Assembly (NCBI GenBank): GCA_000004985.1
Contig: GG738876.1
Direction: 5' to 3' (one strand)
DNA length: 64,000 nt
Origin: Naegleria gruberi
Taxonomy: Eukaryota
The notes beneath the pieces were generated by a model, which saw nothing but the letters and a program-made list of their open reading frames with translations, was not told the origin of the DNA and ran no database searches. A program made the translations under genes and the position numbers. Positions 21,315-34,049 of the stretch are shown one piece after another. Positions within the stretch are counted from its first letter, which is position 1; each line of letters opens with the position of its first letter.

Positions 21315-22926
21315 AATGGCCAACAAGACTAAACGTCCACAACAACAAGATGAATGGGAAGATGAATCTACCCTCAAGAAGGTTCCAGTTACCTTGTTGA
21401 GTGGTTTCTTGGGAGCAGGTAAGTAATTTCACATTGTCATCTTTGTATTCGATATTGATGATGTTTCTTGTGATTGTGAAATGGAAATTGGATAGGTAAG
21501 ACAACACTGCTGAGACACATCCTAAAGAATAGAAATAACCTCAGAGTTGCTGTAATTGTCAATGATATGGCTGCATGTAAGTAATTTCCCCTCCATTCAA
21601 TTTTTCACACCAACATCATGGTCAATTGCTGCAAATTTTAACACAACATGTTGAAATTCAATTCAATCACCACCAACAGTGAATATTGATGAAGCTCTTG
21701 TCGAAAAATCAGGAGTCAAACTCAAACAATCAGAAGAGAAACTTGTCTCGATGAAAAATGGTTGCATTTGCTGCACTCTTCGTGAAGATTTACTCGTAGA
21801 ATTATATGAATTGGCACAAGAAGGAAAGTTCGATTATTGTGTGATTGAATCGACGGGAATTGGTGAGCCAATGCAAGTGGCAGAAACTTTCACATTCGAT
21901 GTTGGTATTCAAATTGAACAAGACGAAAAGAGTGGAAAGAGAAAGAAGAAGAACAAGAAGGAAAAGAAGACTTTCATCTTGTCAGATTTTGCACAATTGG
22001 ATACTTGTGTGACAGTGGTAGATTGCAACAGTTTCTTCCAAGATTTGAAATCAGTCGAAACATTGGCCGAAAGATACAACAAGCAAAATGATGAAGAATA
22101 TGAAAGAAATTTGGCAAACTTGCTGATTGACCAAATTGAATTTGCCAACGTCATCCTCTTAAATAAGACAGATCTCGTCACTCCGGACGAATTGACCAAG
22201 ATTAAGGGTGTCATTTCCAAACTAAACCCAGACGCAACCGTACACGAAACCCAAAACTCTACCGTTCCATTGGAGAAGATTTTAAACACTGGACTATTTG
22301 ACTTTGAAAAGGCAGCATGCAATCCAGGTTGGCTTAAAGAAATTCGTGGCTCTCACAATCCTGAAACTTTAGAATATGGCATCTCCAGTTTCGTCTATAG
22401 ACGTAGAAAGCCATTCAACACCAAACTCTTATTCGATTTCTTCTATTCTGAAAAGTACATGCAACAAAACGTGCTCAGATCGAAAGGTTACTGTTGGCTT
22501 AATACAAGAAATGATTACTGCGGAGATTGGGAACAAGCAGGAAACCAAATTACCATCCACGATGGAGGACTTTTCTTTGCAGCACTCGGTGAAGAACAAG
22601 GAAAATCAATGTACGGAGAGGAAGTCTTTGAAAGGGTCAAGAAGGAGGATTTTAAGGACGGAGTTGGGGATCGTCGTCAGGAGTTGGTGATTATTGGACA
22701 GAATTTGAATGAGGAGGAAATAACTAAGAGATTGGATGCCTTATTGATTAGTGATGAAGATTTTGCTAAGGGAGTTGAGTATTATTCAACTCAATTGTGT
22801 GGTGATGAGGGATTATTTGCTCCGTTCAATAGTTTTGAACAAAATGAAGAGATGGAATGGGAAACTGATGAAGAGGAAGAAGAAAAGGTTGTACCAGAAA
22901 AAAAGAAGAATCAAAAGAAGAAATAA
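21315..22926 (+). CDS. CobW/ZNG1-family (COG0523) metallochaperone GTPase (3 exons: 21315..21417, 21495..21575, 21680..22926; ~476 aa)
   Basis: Exons 1 and 2 encode P-loop GFLGAG|[10 protein letters not shown] across a 77-nt intron (gtaagt...ggatag). Exon 3 has the CobW motif GCICCT and the CobW C-terminal domain. Both introns are phase 1 and consistent. The acidic/lysine-rich tail is typical of ZNG1/CBWD. Confidence 0.85.
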
Positions 22927-22970
22927 ATATTTTGTAAATAATTAAATAATTTAAATATTTATTAAAAAAA

Positions 22971-24182
22971 ATGAATGAAAGCGAAAAGAAGAGAAAATTT
23001 GATGAATTTAATGAAGCGAATAATTGTATTGAATCGTCATCAGCATCAGCACCATTAATTGGTTTATCTTCGGAAGAGTTTCATCTCCAAGTAGTAGAGG
23101 AAAATAATTTAAAAACTTCATCATCGGAAGAAGAAACAACGAAGAAGGCTTTGCCATCATTAGTAGATACATCCTCTCCATCATCAAAATTATTTACCAT
23201 TCTCTATCAGGATAAAGACGTAGTCATCATTGATAAGCCTCCAAATTTAAGGCTCTACGCAAGTGAACATTATTCAATGGAAACGGTAGAAAAACTTGCA
23301 AAGGAACAATTTGCTTCCATGTTGATGGATAAGGACCCACAGAATTCTTGTTCTTCTTCTGGTAAAATTGAGGATGATAATTCTTGTAAAGGAAGTAATA
23401 AGAAAAGGAAAATTCAATCACGTACTGGTAGTAGTGATGAGAGGAAAATTAGATTTCCTCACCGATTGGATATGGCCACTTCTGGAGTGTTGTGTTTGAG
23501 CATGACAAGGGAGAGCTGTGCTTGTTTGAGTACAAGTTTTGAAGACAAGACGAGTAGGAAGTTTTATTTGGCCTTGTTGAGTGGAGATGTGAATTTGGAA
23601 GAGTTGAAAATGAATGAAAAATTGAGGAATAATGTCAAGGTCGTGAATGAAAATGATTGCTCGAAAATTATCATAACATCATTCATTGGAAGAGATGATG
23701 GAGGAAATAATGAAAATGAAGAGTATGATCCAACTGGAAGAGGATTTGTCATGAAACAAACATTGGAAAAACCTATTGAAGATTTGAGTAAATACAAGAC
23801 TAAGCAGGAGAGACAGCAACATCAATTTAGAGAAGGGACGTCAGAGATGATCATTCTCAGTTATGGACAAGTGGAAAATAAGCCAGTTACAAAGGTGCTG
23901 CTGAGGCCACTCTCTGGTAGAAAACATCAATTGAGATTGCATTCACTCCTCTTAGGACATGCCATTATTGGAGATGAAATGTATGGAGAAAATGATGGAT
24001 TTTCAAGATTAATGTTACATGCCTATTCGTTGCAAATTCCAATTGATAAGGAATATCTTTCAGGAGAGAAGAGTAAACGAAGTATCAATGTGAGAACACA
24101 AGATCCATTTGACAAGATTTATGTGGAAAAGCAAGTATTGGTAGATGAATCTAAATTGGTAGAAATTTTGGGAACTAGATAG
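22971..24182 (+). CDS. RluA-family pseudouridine synthase (RPUSD-like; 403 aa)
   Basis: Catalytic motif [11 protein letters not shown] (HRLDxxTSG) and GRKHQLRLH (GRxHQIR.H). Confidence 0.8.
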   Translation: MNESEKKRKFDEFNEANNCIESSSASAPLIGLSSEEFHLQVVEENNLKTSSSEEETTKKALPSLVDTSSPSSKLFTILYQDKDVVIIDKPPNLRLYASEHYSMETVEKLAKEQFASMLMDKDPQNSCSSSGKIEDDNSCKGSNKKRKIQSRTGSSDERKIRFPHRLDMATSGVLCLSMTRESCACLSTSFEDKTSRKFYLALLSGDVNLEELKMNEKLRNNVKVVNENDCSKIIITSFIGRDDGGNNENEEYDPTGRGFVMKQTLEKPIEDLSKYKTKQERQQHQFREGTSEMIILSYGQVENKPVTKVLLRPLSGRKHQLRLHSLLLGHAIIGDEMYGENDGFSRLMLHAYSLQIPIDKEYLSGEKSKRSINVRTQDPFDKIYVEKQVLVDESKLVEILGTR

Positions 24183-24232
24183 TTATTAATTCTAGATAGT
24201 TATTCAAACTTGTTCTTGTTATGAAAATTTTA

Positions 24233-27200
24233 TTAACAAATGATGGATAGGCATGCCATTATCAAAAGCGCAACCAAAACCAGAGAAACATGTGCAATAG
24301 GAGAGGCATGTGAAAGAGATTGAGACGGATTGATAATATTACTAACTTCTAGTTCAATATTTTCACCAGTAACAACCAGAGCATAACTCTGTGGTCTGAA
24401 AATGTAACTTGCCGACACCTTAATGATAATTCCAACACTGCTTTCATCAATCCAAACTTGTTCAACATTATTTCTAAAATCACGTTCTCCTGCTGTTGAT
24501 CCAACACCACTATTCTTTTCCTTGAGTTGTGAATTTCCGTAATATTGTTGAGTTCCAACTTGTACCAATAAATCCAAATCATTGACAAGTTGGCTAGAGG
24601 AAGAAGGACTTCCTGGATAATCTGCCCACACCAATGTTATTTTCACATTTGAAATCTTATTCTTCTCATTCAAAGCTTTCAAATAATAATAGTGATAGGT
24701 TTTCACACTATCAATAACTGGATCTCCAAATTCGGTGGTAACATTTGTGCTTCCAACTTGAGTATTGAATCGATTATCTGTATTATGAATGTGTTTCACT
24801 CTTCCAATTTGAAGAATTCTCTTACTTTCCTCAAATGCAAGCACTTTATCCAATTGAACTCTTCCAAATCCTTGATAGAAGCATCCAATTTCAGTACGTG
24901 GCAAAATTTTGAAAGAGGTCAGATAGTCATTACTCACTGTCTGTAAATCAGTTCCAGAATTAATGACTGAGGCCTTCAATAAGGCAGATGATGGAATAAA
25001 ACCATCCTGTGCTTGTTTCTTCTTACTTGGATAATAGCCCTCTCTGTAATATTGACGAACGATAGCAACAAGACCAGCTGTTGTTGGTGTGGCCATACTG
25101 TTGTTTTGTACAATTGATTGATAAATTAATTGATAGATTAAATACTATTTTCAAAATATTAAACTAACCTTGTTCCACGAGTTGCTCTGATGGCATCAAC
25201 TGGCGATTTGTAAGTATCTGAACAAGTCAATCGAGGTGAATATTTTGTACTGCTGTATGATCTGGCACTCAAAACGTCAGCTCCAGGAGCATTCACGTCA
25301 GGTTTAATTCTCAAATCTGGTGTTGGTCCTCTACTGGAAAATGTTGCCATCGAATCAATTTGTAGACCTTTTGTATTGAGTGAATCAAAGACACACTTTC
25401 CACAAAACCTGTCTCCACTAGCACCAGCAGCACATCCACAATTTCCAGTTGCATAACTAATATTCGATCTGGCACAGAAACCATCCGTTGAACAAACATT
25501 GAAATCAGTCATGAAGAATGCACACTCCTCCACGGCAACACTACAATTGAGAGATGCCAAAATTTCCTTCCTAATATCATCCAAAGCAGGTGGTTGTTTG
25601 AACATTAATTCGTGTTCTCTTCTGGCCTGGAATGAATTATGACTTGCTCCAACTGCCAATCCATTCTTTGTTTGAGCTTGAGCTCCAATTGACTTGAATC
25701 CATCATTTCCTGAATTTCCAGCTGAGAAGAGAACTATCAAATCCTTGTGTTGCCAAATATATCGATCAGTGTACATGGCATAGAGATTGTAAGAAGTTCC
25801 TCCTCCCCAACTATTGGTCTGAATTCTACTATTCATCATTTCATATGTGAATATGTGAACACTCTTGTGTGGCTCCAATGGTTGATAGGTGGCACCTCTC
25901 CTCTGTGGACAAGTTGAGTTGGCATAACTCTTACAGGCACATCCTGGAATGGAATCACATGTGCATCCACCTGGTTTGGCACATCCCAATTGAACGAGTG
26001 CCAACTTGGCCTCTGAGGCAATTCCACGATAATCGTACAGTTCTGGAATTGAGGAATATCCAGCAACAGTTGCAGCAACATGAGTTCCATGATCATAATC
26101 ATTCGAATTGAGATCGATTAAACCAAAATGCATTTTGACTTTTCGATGATTGGACGAAAGATTAATATTTGACTCATTCAGAGTTCTAATTTGCTCAACC
26201 TTCTCATTAGGATCATAAAAGAAACAAGATAATGTGTCAAACGTTCCATCCACAACAGTAATCACTTCATCTTTCCCAGTTAATCCATTAAAATATGATT
26301 TCCCCTGTTCTGGAACTGCATCCGATCCATAATTAATAATTCTCTTTGAATACTTGTTCATTTCATAATTGGCATGCATTGGTTCAATCCAAATAACTGA
26401 AGATAACTTTCCAATTTCATAAGCAATAGCAAGAGCATGGTCTTTCCTCACAGTTATGGCAATACTCTCAGAATGTTCGACTAATTTGGAAATTATCAAT
26501 TGACCATTGTTAATGGATTGAGTGAAATGTCTCAATTGTTCACTCACTGTTTCAATTTCTTGATTCATTTCAAGGAGAATGGTCATGGAAATGAATTGTA
26601 TTGGAGTTTCTTGTTGGGATTTTGTAGATTCTGAACTTTCTTGGGATTGAGTTTCTAATAATTCTTGATCTTGAAATTCGCCAATGTGAAACTTGAAAAT
26701 TGGATCAATTTGACCTATCCATTCGATATTGTCATTAGAAAGTAAATCTTTAACATTCTCCAAGCTAGCTCTCATGGAAAATGTGTTCATTGCCAAATGC
26801 GAAACCTTTCCGCTTTCCAATAAACTTTCGTCCATTGAATTTCTCAGCAGAATTGGTTTCTCAACGTTTCTACATTTAAAAAGAATGTGGAAATTATAAT
26901 CACCCAAACTGGAATGATCCACATTCCTTTCCTTGTTATTGTGAATGAACGGATTCGAATAGTGTAAATAATTTCTTCTAATTTCGTTGATATTTCTAAT
27001 ATTTTGCAAAGATGATAGAGTAAACATATTCTTTTGGTAAATATCATCCAAAGCCTTCATTCCCAATCTTTTCAAATTTTCTTCTCCTCTCAAAATCCCT
27101 CCATTCATACGAAAGGTTTCGTCTAATGATTTTGTCAAGTAATTACTTTCGTCTAACTGCAACTGTAAACCATCAACATTCGATGCTGCAAGTGTTACAC

Positions 27201-27267
27201 TCCACAACATGCACTGGAAGAATAGAATACACAAGAGACCAAATAATTCGAAAGGTTTGGAGGACAT
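24233..27267 (-). CDS. Subtilisin-like serine protease (peptidase S8) with signal peptide, long propeptide and C-terminal TM anchor (2 exons: 25169..27267, 24233..25097; ~987 aa)
   Basis: Signal peptide MSSKPFELFGLLCILFFQCML. Catalytic motifs: Asp in VVDGTFDT, His HGTHVAATVAG, Asn LFSAGNSGNDG, and Ser GT|SMATPTTAGLVA. The Ser codon is split by a 71-nt phase-2 intron 25098..25168 (gttagt...aacag). C-terminal hydrophobic anchor SLVLVALLIMACLSIIC. Confidence 0.85.
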
Positions 27268-27496
27268 TTTTTTTAACTTCCGAAATGATGTTCTCCTTTG
27301 AATTGTTTCATTGATTTTTAGGAGATATTTGTTTGATTTAGTTGGGATAAAAGGATGTTTATTGGTCGATTTAGTAATTGAATGGTTTATTGTATGTTGA
27401 AATTATTAGAAATGAAGAAGTTATTGACATGGGGTAAAATAGAGAACTTGTTGAATGTTTGTTTTTGTTTAACATTTTATATTCATAAAATGTGAA

Positions 27497-27567
27497 TCGG
27501 GTGTGGTATAGTGGTAGCATTCCAGACTGTCACTCTGGCGACCCGGGTTCAATTCCCGGCACTCGAG
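27497..27567 (+). tRNA. tRNA-Asp (anticodon GTC)
   Basis: Acceptor TCGGGTG/CACTCGA+G. D region GGTATAGTGGTAGCATTCC matches the conserved eukaryotic tRNA-Asp D arm. Anticodon stem-loop CCAGA-CTGTCAC-TCTGG; T arm CCGGG-TTCAATT-CCCGG. Confidence 0.8.
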
Positions 27568-27764
27568 ATCAAATTTTTACTTCATCACTGTATTTTACTT
27601 TTCAATATTGTCATAATATCAAGAAAAGCATCTAATCTACCTAATTCTGAAATTTCATATGATCATCTCTTAAAACCATATAGAAAATAACCTCGTACTA
27701 AACTGACCTATTTTATTCAAAAATATCTTCTCTAATTGAACTTTGAATTTTCATTTTAAAAAAA

Positions 27765-28721
27765 ATGATTAAACCCAATACCACATCGTCCCTCGATCAT
27801 GAAAATAATCACAACTCCACTAGAAGTGTCATACAACAAGATGATTCGGAATCTAAACCAATCCAACTCTCAGAAAATCTGCATTTCAATTATTTGTACC
27901 TATCGGACGATGTAATTGGTGAAATTCTATCTTTTCATGATGATTTTCAATTTGTAGTAATGAATTGTGCATTGGTTTCAAAACAGTGGTTGAAAGTCAT
28001 TTCGGAACGATCAAAACTTTCATTGGAATGGAATAACTTGAAGAAATTGAAGGGAAGATTTTTACAGAATATCACAACTTTCACAGTGAGGGCTATTGAA
28101 GGAATTGGATTGATTAGTGACATACTGAAACAATTGAAATTTCTGGATATTTCTACTAATGCTATTGGATATAAAGGAGCTAGATATATTGGCCAATTGG
28201 AACAATTAAATCATCTTGAAATTAGAAATTGTAATATTGGAGTGGAGGGAGATAAATATATTCGTCAATTGCAACATTTGACTCATCTTGATATTGGATG
28301 CAATAACATTGGTGATGAAGGAGTCAAATATATTAGTCAATTGAAACCATTAACTAATCTAAATGTTTATTTAAATAATATTGGTGTTGAAGGAGCGAAA
28401 TATATTAGTGAGCTTAAACAATTAACTCATCTTGATATTGGGTGCAATGACATTGGTGGTGAAGGTGCCAAATATATTGGTACACTTGAAAATGTAACTC
28501 ATCTCAGTATGTCAGATAATAATATTGGTTGTGAAGGTGCAAAATATATTAGTGGAATGAAACATCTAAGTTTTCTCGATATTGCTACCAATCGTATTAG
28601 AGATGAGGGAGCGAAATATATTGGTGAAATGGAACAATTATCATTTCTGTTTATGAGATACAATATTATTAGTGATGAAGGAGCAAAATATTTAAGCGAA
28701 AGAGGATTCAATAATTGTTGA
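27765..28721 (+). CDS. F-box / leucine-rich-repeat (RNI-like LRR) protein (318 aa)
   Basis: ATG at 27765. F-box-like N-terminus (YLYLSDDVIGEILSFHDDFQFVVMNCALVSKQWLKVI), then ten or more 24-25 residue repeats of the form LxxLxIxxNxIGxEGAKYI. Confidence 0.7.
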   Translation: MIKPNTTSSLDHENNHNSTRSVIQQDDSESKPIQLSENLHFNYLYLSDDVIGEILSFHDDFQFVVMNCALVSKQWLKVISERSKLSLEWNNLKKLKGRFLQNITTFTVRAIEGIGLISDILKQLKFLDISTNAIGYKGARYIGQLEQLNHLEIRNCNIGVEGDKYIRQLQHLTHLDIGCNNIGDEGVKYISQLKPLTNLNVYLNNIGVEGAKYISELKQLTHLDIGCNDIGGEGAKYIGTLENVTHLSMSDNNIGCEGAKYISGMKHLSFLDIATNRIRDEGAKYIGEMEQLSFLFMRYNIISDEGAKYLSERGFNNC

Positions 28722-28800
28722 TCTAGAGAAATGCAACACACTCTAGTTTCCAAAAATGTGTGTTTAATGTATATGTTCAAATGATATATTTCAAAAAATA

Positions 28801-29871
28801 TCATTCTCCAATAAATTTAAGACCAATATCAGATCTAATCTTATCCATAATTTTCAATGTGTTAATTGTTACATTAGACGAAACTATTTCACTCTCGAGT
28901 TTACTTTCTAATAAACAATCAATGACATGTTCAATTTCGTATGCAAGTCCTTCAGAATTAGGGAAATTAAATTGTGAAAATTCAGTTTTTCCATAAAGTG
29001 GCTCTTCTAATTCAATAGTTTCGTGACCTTTCGAATAATTTGTCCAAGTCAACTTGGTAGGACAACAATGCATACCACCTAAATGAATTTTACCTAAACT
29101 TCCATGAATAGTTGCACTACTATCCAAGAATGCATTAATACTTGTCGAAACCTTTCCAATTCTATTTCCAGAAAATTTAAATTGACATTCCACACTTTCG
29201 TCCACATTATTAACAAATGTTCCAATCGATTGAATAGTTTCTGGTGAGAAATCATTCATCACCATACAAACGAAAGAAATAGGATAAATTCCACAAGCCA
29301 ACAATGCACCTCCTCCCAATGAATTTTCAATTAATCCACTATTCGAAACATGATTATTCTTAAAACCCAATTGAGCATGAATCAAATGAACCTGTCCAAT
29401 CTCTCCACTTTCGATCAATTGTTTAGCCTTCTTGAAAAGTGGAAAGAATGGCATCCAATTAGCTTCCATCAAGAATAATTTTCTTTCTCTTGCCATTTCG
29501 AATAATTCACTAGCTTGTTTTTCATTCAAGGTAAAAGTCTTTTCGCATAGAACTGACTTTCCACTTTCCAAACACAATTTAACATTTGAATAATGTTCGG
29601 AATTTGGTGTTGCAACATAGACAATGTCAATATTCGAATCTTGCAACATTTTTTCATACGAATCGAAACTCTTTCCAATATCGTGTTCCTTTGCAAATTG
29701 ATCAGATTTTGATGAATTTCTCGATGCTACTCCATAAATTCTACACTCCCGAATGGTTTCGTATTTTGTTGACTTATTTTCATGATGAAATTTATGCATG
29801 GATTGAAAAGCAAGTGAAAAATCATGAGCTATACGCCCTGTTCCCATTATTCCAAACGAAACTCGTCTCAT
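28801..29871 (-). CDS. Gfo/Idh/MocA-family NAD(P)-dependent oxidoreductase (dihydrodiol dehydrogenase-like; 356 aa)
   Basis: N-terminal Rossmann GIMGTGRIAHDF and the family EKP-type motif (LCEKTFTLN). Overall length and layout are typical. Confidence 0.8.
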   Translation of the reverse strand: MRRVSFGIMGTGRIAHDFSLAFQSMHKFHHENKSTKYETIRECRIYGVASRNSSKSDQFAKEHDIGKSFDSYEKMLQDSNIDIVYVATPNSEHYSNVKLCLESGKSVLCEKTFTLNEKQASELFEMARERKLFLMEANWMPFFPLFKKAKQLIESGEIGQVHLIHAQLGFKNNHVSNSGLIENSLGGGALLACGIYPISFVCMVMNDFSPETIQSIGTFVNNVDESVECQFKFSGNRIGKVSTSINAFLDSSATIHGSLGKIHLGGMHCCPTKLTWTNYSKGHETIELEEPLYGKTEFSQFNFPNSEGLAYEIEHVIDCLLESKLESEIVSSNVTINTLKIMDKIRSDIGLKFIGE

Positions 29872-31796
29872 CTCTTTAATTCACTCCACAGAAAATGTGC
29901 AATTCCAAATTGTTCCAATTTTTTTTTTCACTTTTGAAAAATCTTATTGTAAAAAATTTTTAAGAATCCCAATAGTGCGCCCTTCTCCAACCCTTATCAT
30001 CCTGTGATGGAAGTTGTAAATGGATGCAGTTGATATCTTTGAGATGATGGATCAGAAAGAATCTTTCAGAGATATGCATATGAACAATAGACACATCTAT
30101 GTCAATAAGTATAATTGGTGAGAGATGTGCGTTCGATACTTACTGCAGTATCGTTTACCAAATCTTGCAGATTCTTATTCCACCACCACCAAGGGAATAA
30201 TTTCAGTTAGCATGCTTTGCCTCTCGAACAGCTGTAGATTTTTTTCATTGAATAGTTTTTTTATTGAATTTATCCTATTTCTTGGGATCACTTTACAATA
30301 ATATATTATCGAAAGCAAGAAATAATAAAAAGAGAAGTGGTATATGATTCTTACATTTTGAAAACATCCTGCCAATCTTGCTCAGTTATTTCAATTTGTG
30401 TCTTTAAAACTGTCAAACGACATAATTATAAAATGGCTCATTTCCATTTATGTGAAAAGTTTAACAAAAGAAATACCTCAATGATTCGTAAGGAGATTCT
30501 TGATGATTCTTTTTGATATCTAAGATTTGGAATGATCGTTTATCCTGAAGTAACACCTTCAATCAAACTAAACTCCCAAGATTACAATTTTTTTCATTAT
30601 TCACCATTGGTTGACCATTGAAATGATTCTCAATGGGCAGTGCAACAATATTATTGAAAGTTCTAGATGCAATTTTGTAACACATTCGTATTTACTTCTT
30701 TCCAACATCATTAGTGTTCCATACCGAATGTTATGTTCACATACCAAATGGAATTGTTGTACCTCCCAAATCATATTCAATAATCATTGTCATCTTTAAC
30801 ATGTTATTTACATATTGTATATTCTCTCATAAGAATCCATTAGTTTAGTTTATCCTTGGTTGACTTGTTGAGATTCTGTTTCAATAACTGTTCAGAACTT
30901 TAAAGATTTTCAGATAACACTTGCTAAATCATCAAAAGACTTCCTTGTTGTGTGAATTTTCTCACCAAACGTGTGAAAACTATCCATTAAAACCAAATTT
31001 CTTTTATTTAGACCATCACCTGCCAAAAATCAATAACAATCCCATTCAGAAACCACTAACCGTTTTATTATTGAATTTTGACATTTTTTCATAAATGTCT
31101 AGTTTTTATAAAAGTATCCTACCACTTTTTAGTATCACTTCAACCATTTTCATATCGACACTTGAAAGGTTTTCCTACGGAAAAGTGATGGACTTGCAAT
31201 TTATTCTAATACCGAACAGCGCTTTGATCAAAAACCTCAAGAGCAACCTCGATTAACCAAGACTTTCTCCTCTTGCTTTTTGATTATATTTTCACAACAG
31301 TTGGTCGATGCAGAGATTTTGAGCGTTTAAAATGATCTTGGTGTTGAAACTCTGAGGGAACTAACACTTTGAAAAAAACAACTTGATACCCAACCATTCA
31401 ACGGTTTTAATATTTTGTGCCGGCAATAACACACAACACTCAGAAGAAGAAGCGTTATCTTATATATTGAAACATTAATCTGTTGATCATATTATCAATA
31501 GTGATTTTGTGTGCGCTTTTATATTTGATTCATTATCATCAACAAGAAGACTGTTGTTGAAATTTTGCTACCTCATTAATCATTCCTTTTCCCTCTCCCG
31601 TAAATATTTATCTTTAAACGTTTGTGTTCTCTCTCCTTTCAAGAAGAAGCAAAAACCAGAAGAATAATAACAACAACAATACCTTTCCCTATCTCCCATC
31701 AACACGTGTAAACAGCCCTTTCAATATTTCAGCACATAATATTGCTAAATAGACCTCCCTGCTAACATTACTTCCATAATATACTACTCGAAAACA

Positions 31797-33416
31797 ATGT
31801 CCTCATCAATTGCCCTGAATAATTCTAATACCTCTACCACTACTACTACCAATCCTCCTTTTGATATTTCCAAGCTTGTTACTCAAGCAGTTTTGTTACC
31901 TTCCTCCTCATCGTCATCCTTCCATAACAACCTCCCTAAATCATCATCATCATCCCCCTGTGCATTGGATAATAATACCAATGAACAACAACAACAACAA
32001 CCATTGAGTGATGATTCGATCATTCTCGAAGAAACAACCACCACCGACGTTGATAATACAGTAATTGCCACCATAACGACAAAAGCTGCTCTAGGCAGTG
32101 GTGCTTTGATGGTTGAAGGAGTTGCCCTTGTCGACGATGAAGATGACGAAGAATCAACACCTGCCACACCAGAAGCTAATGGAGAATCCCAGCAAGAATC
32201 TTCTCAACAAGAACACCAAGAATCTGGCCTTTTAAAAGCCAAGAAGAAGAAGAATTCATTGACTAATAGTGCAGCAGCTCTTGAAGATTTGGAAACTATT
32301 TCAACCATGACAACTGTCAAGACTACAAGTACAACAAAGAAGGTTGTCAAGAGACATTCATCGCTCTCTGCTCAAACTATGAACCAAGCAATGGATCAAT
32401 CAATGAATCAATCAGCTCAACAAGAAGAACAATACACCACTCTTAAATCATCCACTCCAACAAAGAAGCAGAACAAGGAAAAGAAAGCAAGTCCTATCAA
32501 TAATCTCTTCAAATCCATCAAGGGTGTCATTAAATCTTTAAAGAAGAATAAGAATAACAAGAGCACTTCTAGCTCAACGACTTCACATAATAATAGCAAG
32601 CAAGATGGTGATTTAATCCATCAATTCTGTANNNNNNNNNNNNNNNNNNNNNNNNNNNNNNNNNNNNNNNNNNNNNNNNNNAACAAGGTGAAGCACTCAC
32701 TGGTTTCTCAACAAGACGAAGAAGTCAAGACAAATAAGAAGAGAGCTCACAAGCAAGCTCCACAAACTGCTCTTCTCCCACCTCAACGACCACACGTTCA
32801 AGGCAAGAAGACTCTTGTACTTGACCTTGATGAAACATTGGTTCACTCTGTCTTTGTACATACTGACCAAGCTGACTTTGTGATTCCAATTGAAATGGAT
32901 GGTAGAACATACTCTTGTTATGTTCTCAAGAGACCTGGAGTTGACGAATACTTGAGAGAACTCGGTCAATACTATGAAATTATCATCTTTACTGCTTCTC
33001 TCTCCCTGTATGCCAACCCACTTCTTGACATTCTTGATAAGCATGGTGTCATTGAAGGTAGATTATTCCGTGAACATTGTACAAAGGTTGGTGATACTTA
33101 CATTAAGGATCTCTCAAGATTGGGTCGTGATTTAGATCAAACCATTATTGTAGATAATTCTCCAAGTTGCTATGCAATGCAACCACAAAATGCTTTGGCT
33201 TGTACCACATGGTACGATGATCCAAACGATAGAGAGCTGGGTCTTCTTGCTGATTGTCTCAAACGACTTGAAAGAGAAAAGGCTGTCTATGATGGTCTCA
33301 AGTCATGGAAGGAATTAATTTCATCAGGTGTTAATGTTACCTCATGGAATGGCGGATCAGCAATGACAGTATCCTCGACGTCTCACCATCATCAAGTAAT
33401 AAAGAAAAGAATGTAA
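31797..33416 (+). CDS. SCP/FCP-type (NIF domain, DxDxT) protein phosphatase with long low-complexity N-terminus; CDS interrupted by a 50-N assembly gap
   Basis: C-terminal domain KKTLVLDLDETLVHS (DxDxT catalytic motif), ...IIFTASLSLYANPLLDILD..., ...IIVDNSP... is typical of CTDSP/Dullard-like phosphatases. The N-terminal half is S/T/Q/N-rich. Ns at 32632-32681 fall inside the reading frame, so the protein is incomplete in the middle. Confidence 0.75.
   Translation: MSSSIALNNSNTSTTTTTNPPFDISKLVTQAVLLPSSSSSSFHNNLPKSSSSSPCALDNNTNEQQQQQPLSDDSIILEETTTTDVDNTVIATITTKAALGSGALMVEGVALVDDEDDEESTPATPEANGESQQESSQQEHQESGLLKAKKKKNSLTNSAAALEDLETISTMTTVKTTSTTKKVVKRHSSLSAQTMNQAMDQSMNQSAQQEEQYTTLKSSTPTKKQNKEKKASPINNLFKSIKGVIKSLKKNKNNKSTSSSTTSHNNSKQDGDLIHQFCXXXXXXXXXXXXXXXXXNKVKHSLVSQQDEEVKTNKKRAHKQAPQTALLPPQRPHVQGKKTLVLDLDETLVHSVFVHTDQADFVIPIEMDGRTYSCYVLKRPGVDEYLRELGQYYEIIIFTASLSLYANPLLDILDKHGVIEGRLFREHCTKVGDTYIKDLSRLGRDLDQTIIVDNSPSCYAMQPQNALACTTWYDDPNDRELGLLADCLKRLEREKAVYDGLKSWKELISSGVNVTSWNGGSAMTVSSTSHHHQVIKKRM
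32632..32681. other. Assembly gap (50 N)
   Basis: Run of n characters inside a low-complexity coding region. Confidence 1.
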
Positions 33417-33968
33417 ATAACAAATCATTTTCACAACTATTATTGTTGAACTGTTAGCTAAAAGTGTAAAATATTTGTCAGTTTTCTTTACAAAGTTCAT
33501 GAGTACCGGCAAATACCTTCGCATGAGCGAATTGCTTATTGTAAACGTTACAATTTTGTAATCAAGATGTCAATCACTGTAGTTTATCTCTAAATAACTG
33601 TAAATGCATTGTATAATCTGTCTCACAGTGAATTTGCTAGATATTGTCATTCTTTATTCAATCTTTCTGGAGAGTGATAACCAGAGTTTTGAATAAGTGT
33701 TTAAACAGCTAAATTTGTCAGCATCTTCAAGTTGTGCAAGAAATTCAAAACTCTGGTTACGATAGGTTTGGTAATAAAGCAGTGATAAAGCTCCACAATT
33801 TTTGAATAATAAGTTACTGCAATTTTTTAGAACCACTTATCATTAATGATTAACTTTTTAAATACAAAATATGAAGAGGCCTTATATTATAAACTAGACA
33901 TTAGGGGGAAGATATTTATCTATAAATATAAGGTGCTGTCATTAAGGAAAAAGAATAGGAAGAAAAAT

Positions 33969-34049
33969 TGCAGAAGGTGGGATTTGAACCCACGAAGCTT
34001 GCGCAGTAGAACTTGAGTCTACCCCCTTTGACCACTCGGGAACCCCTGC
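33969..34049 (-). tRNA. tRNA-Leu (anticodon CAA), class II with long variable arm, no intron
   Basis: Reverse complement: GCAGGGG-TT-CCCGAGTGGTCAAAGGG-G-GTAGA-CTCAAGT-TCTAC-TGCGCAAGCTTC-GTGGG-TTCAAAT-CCCAC-CTTCTGC-A. Acceptor pairs with 2 G-U. 81 nt. Confidence 0.8.
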
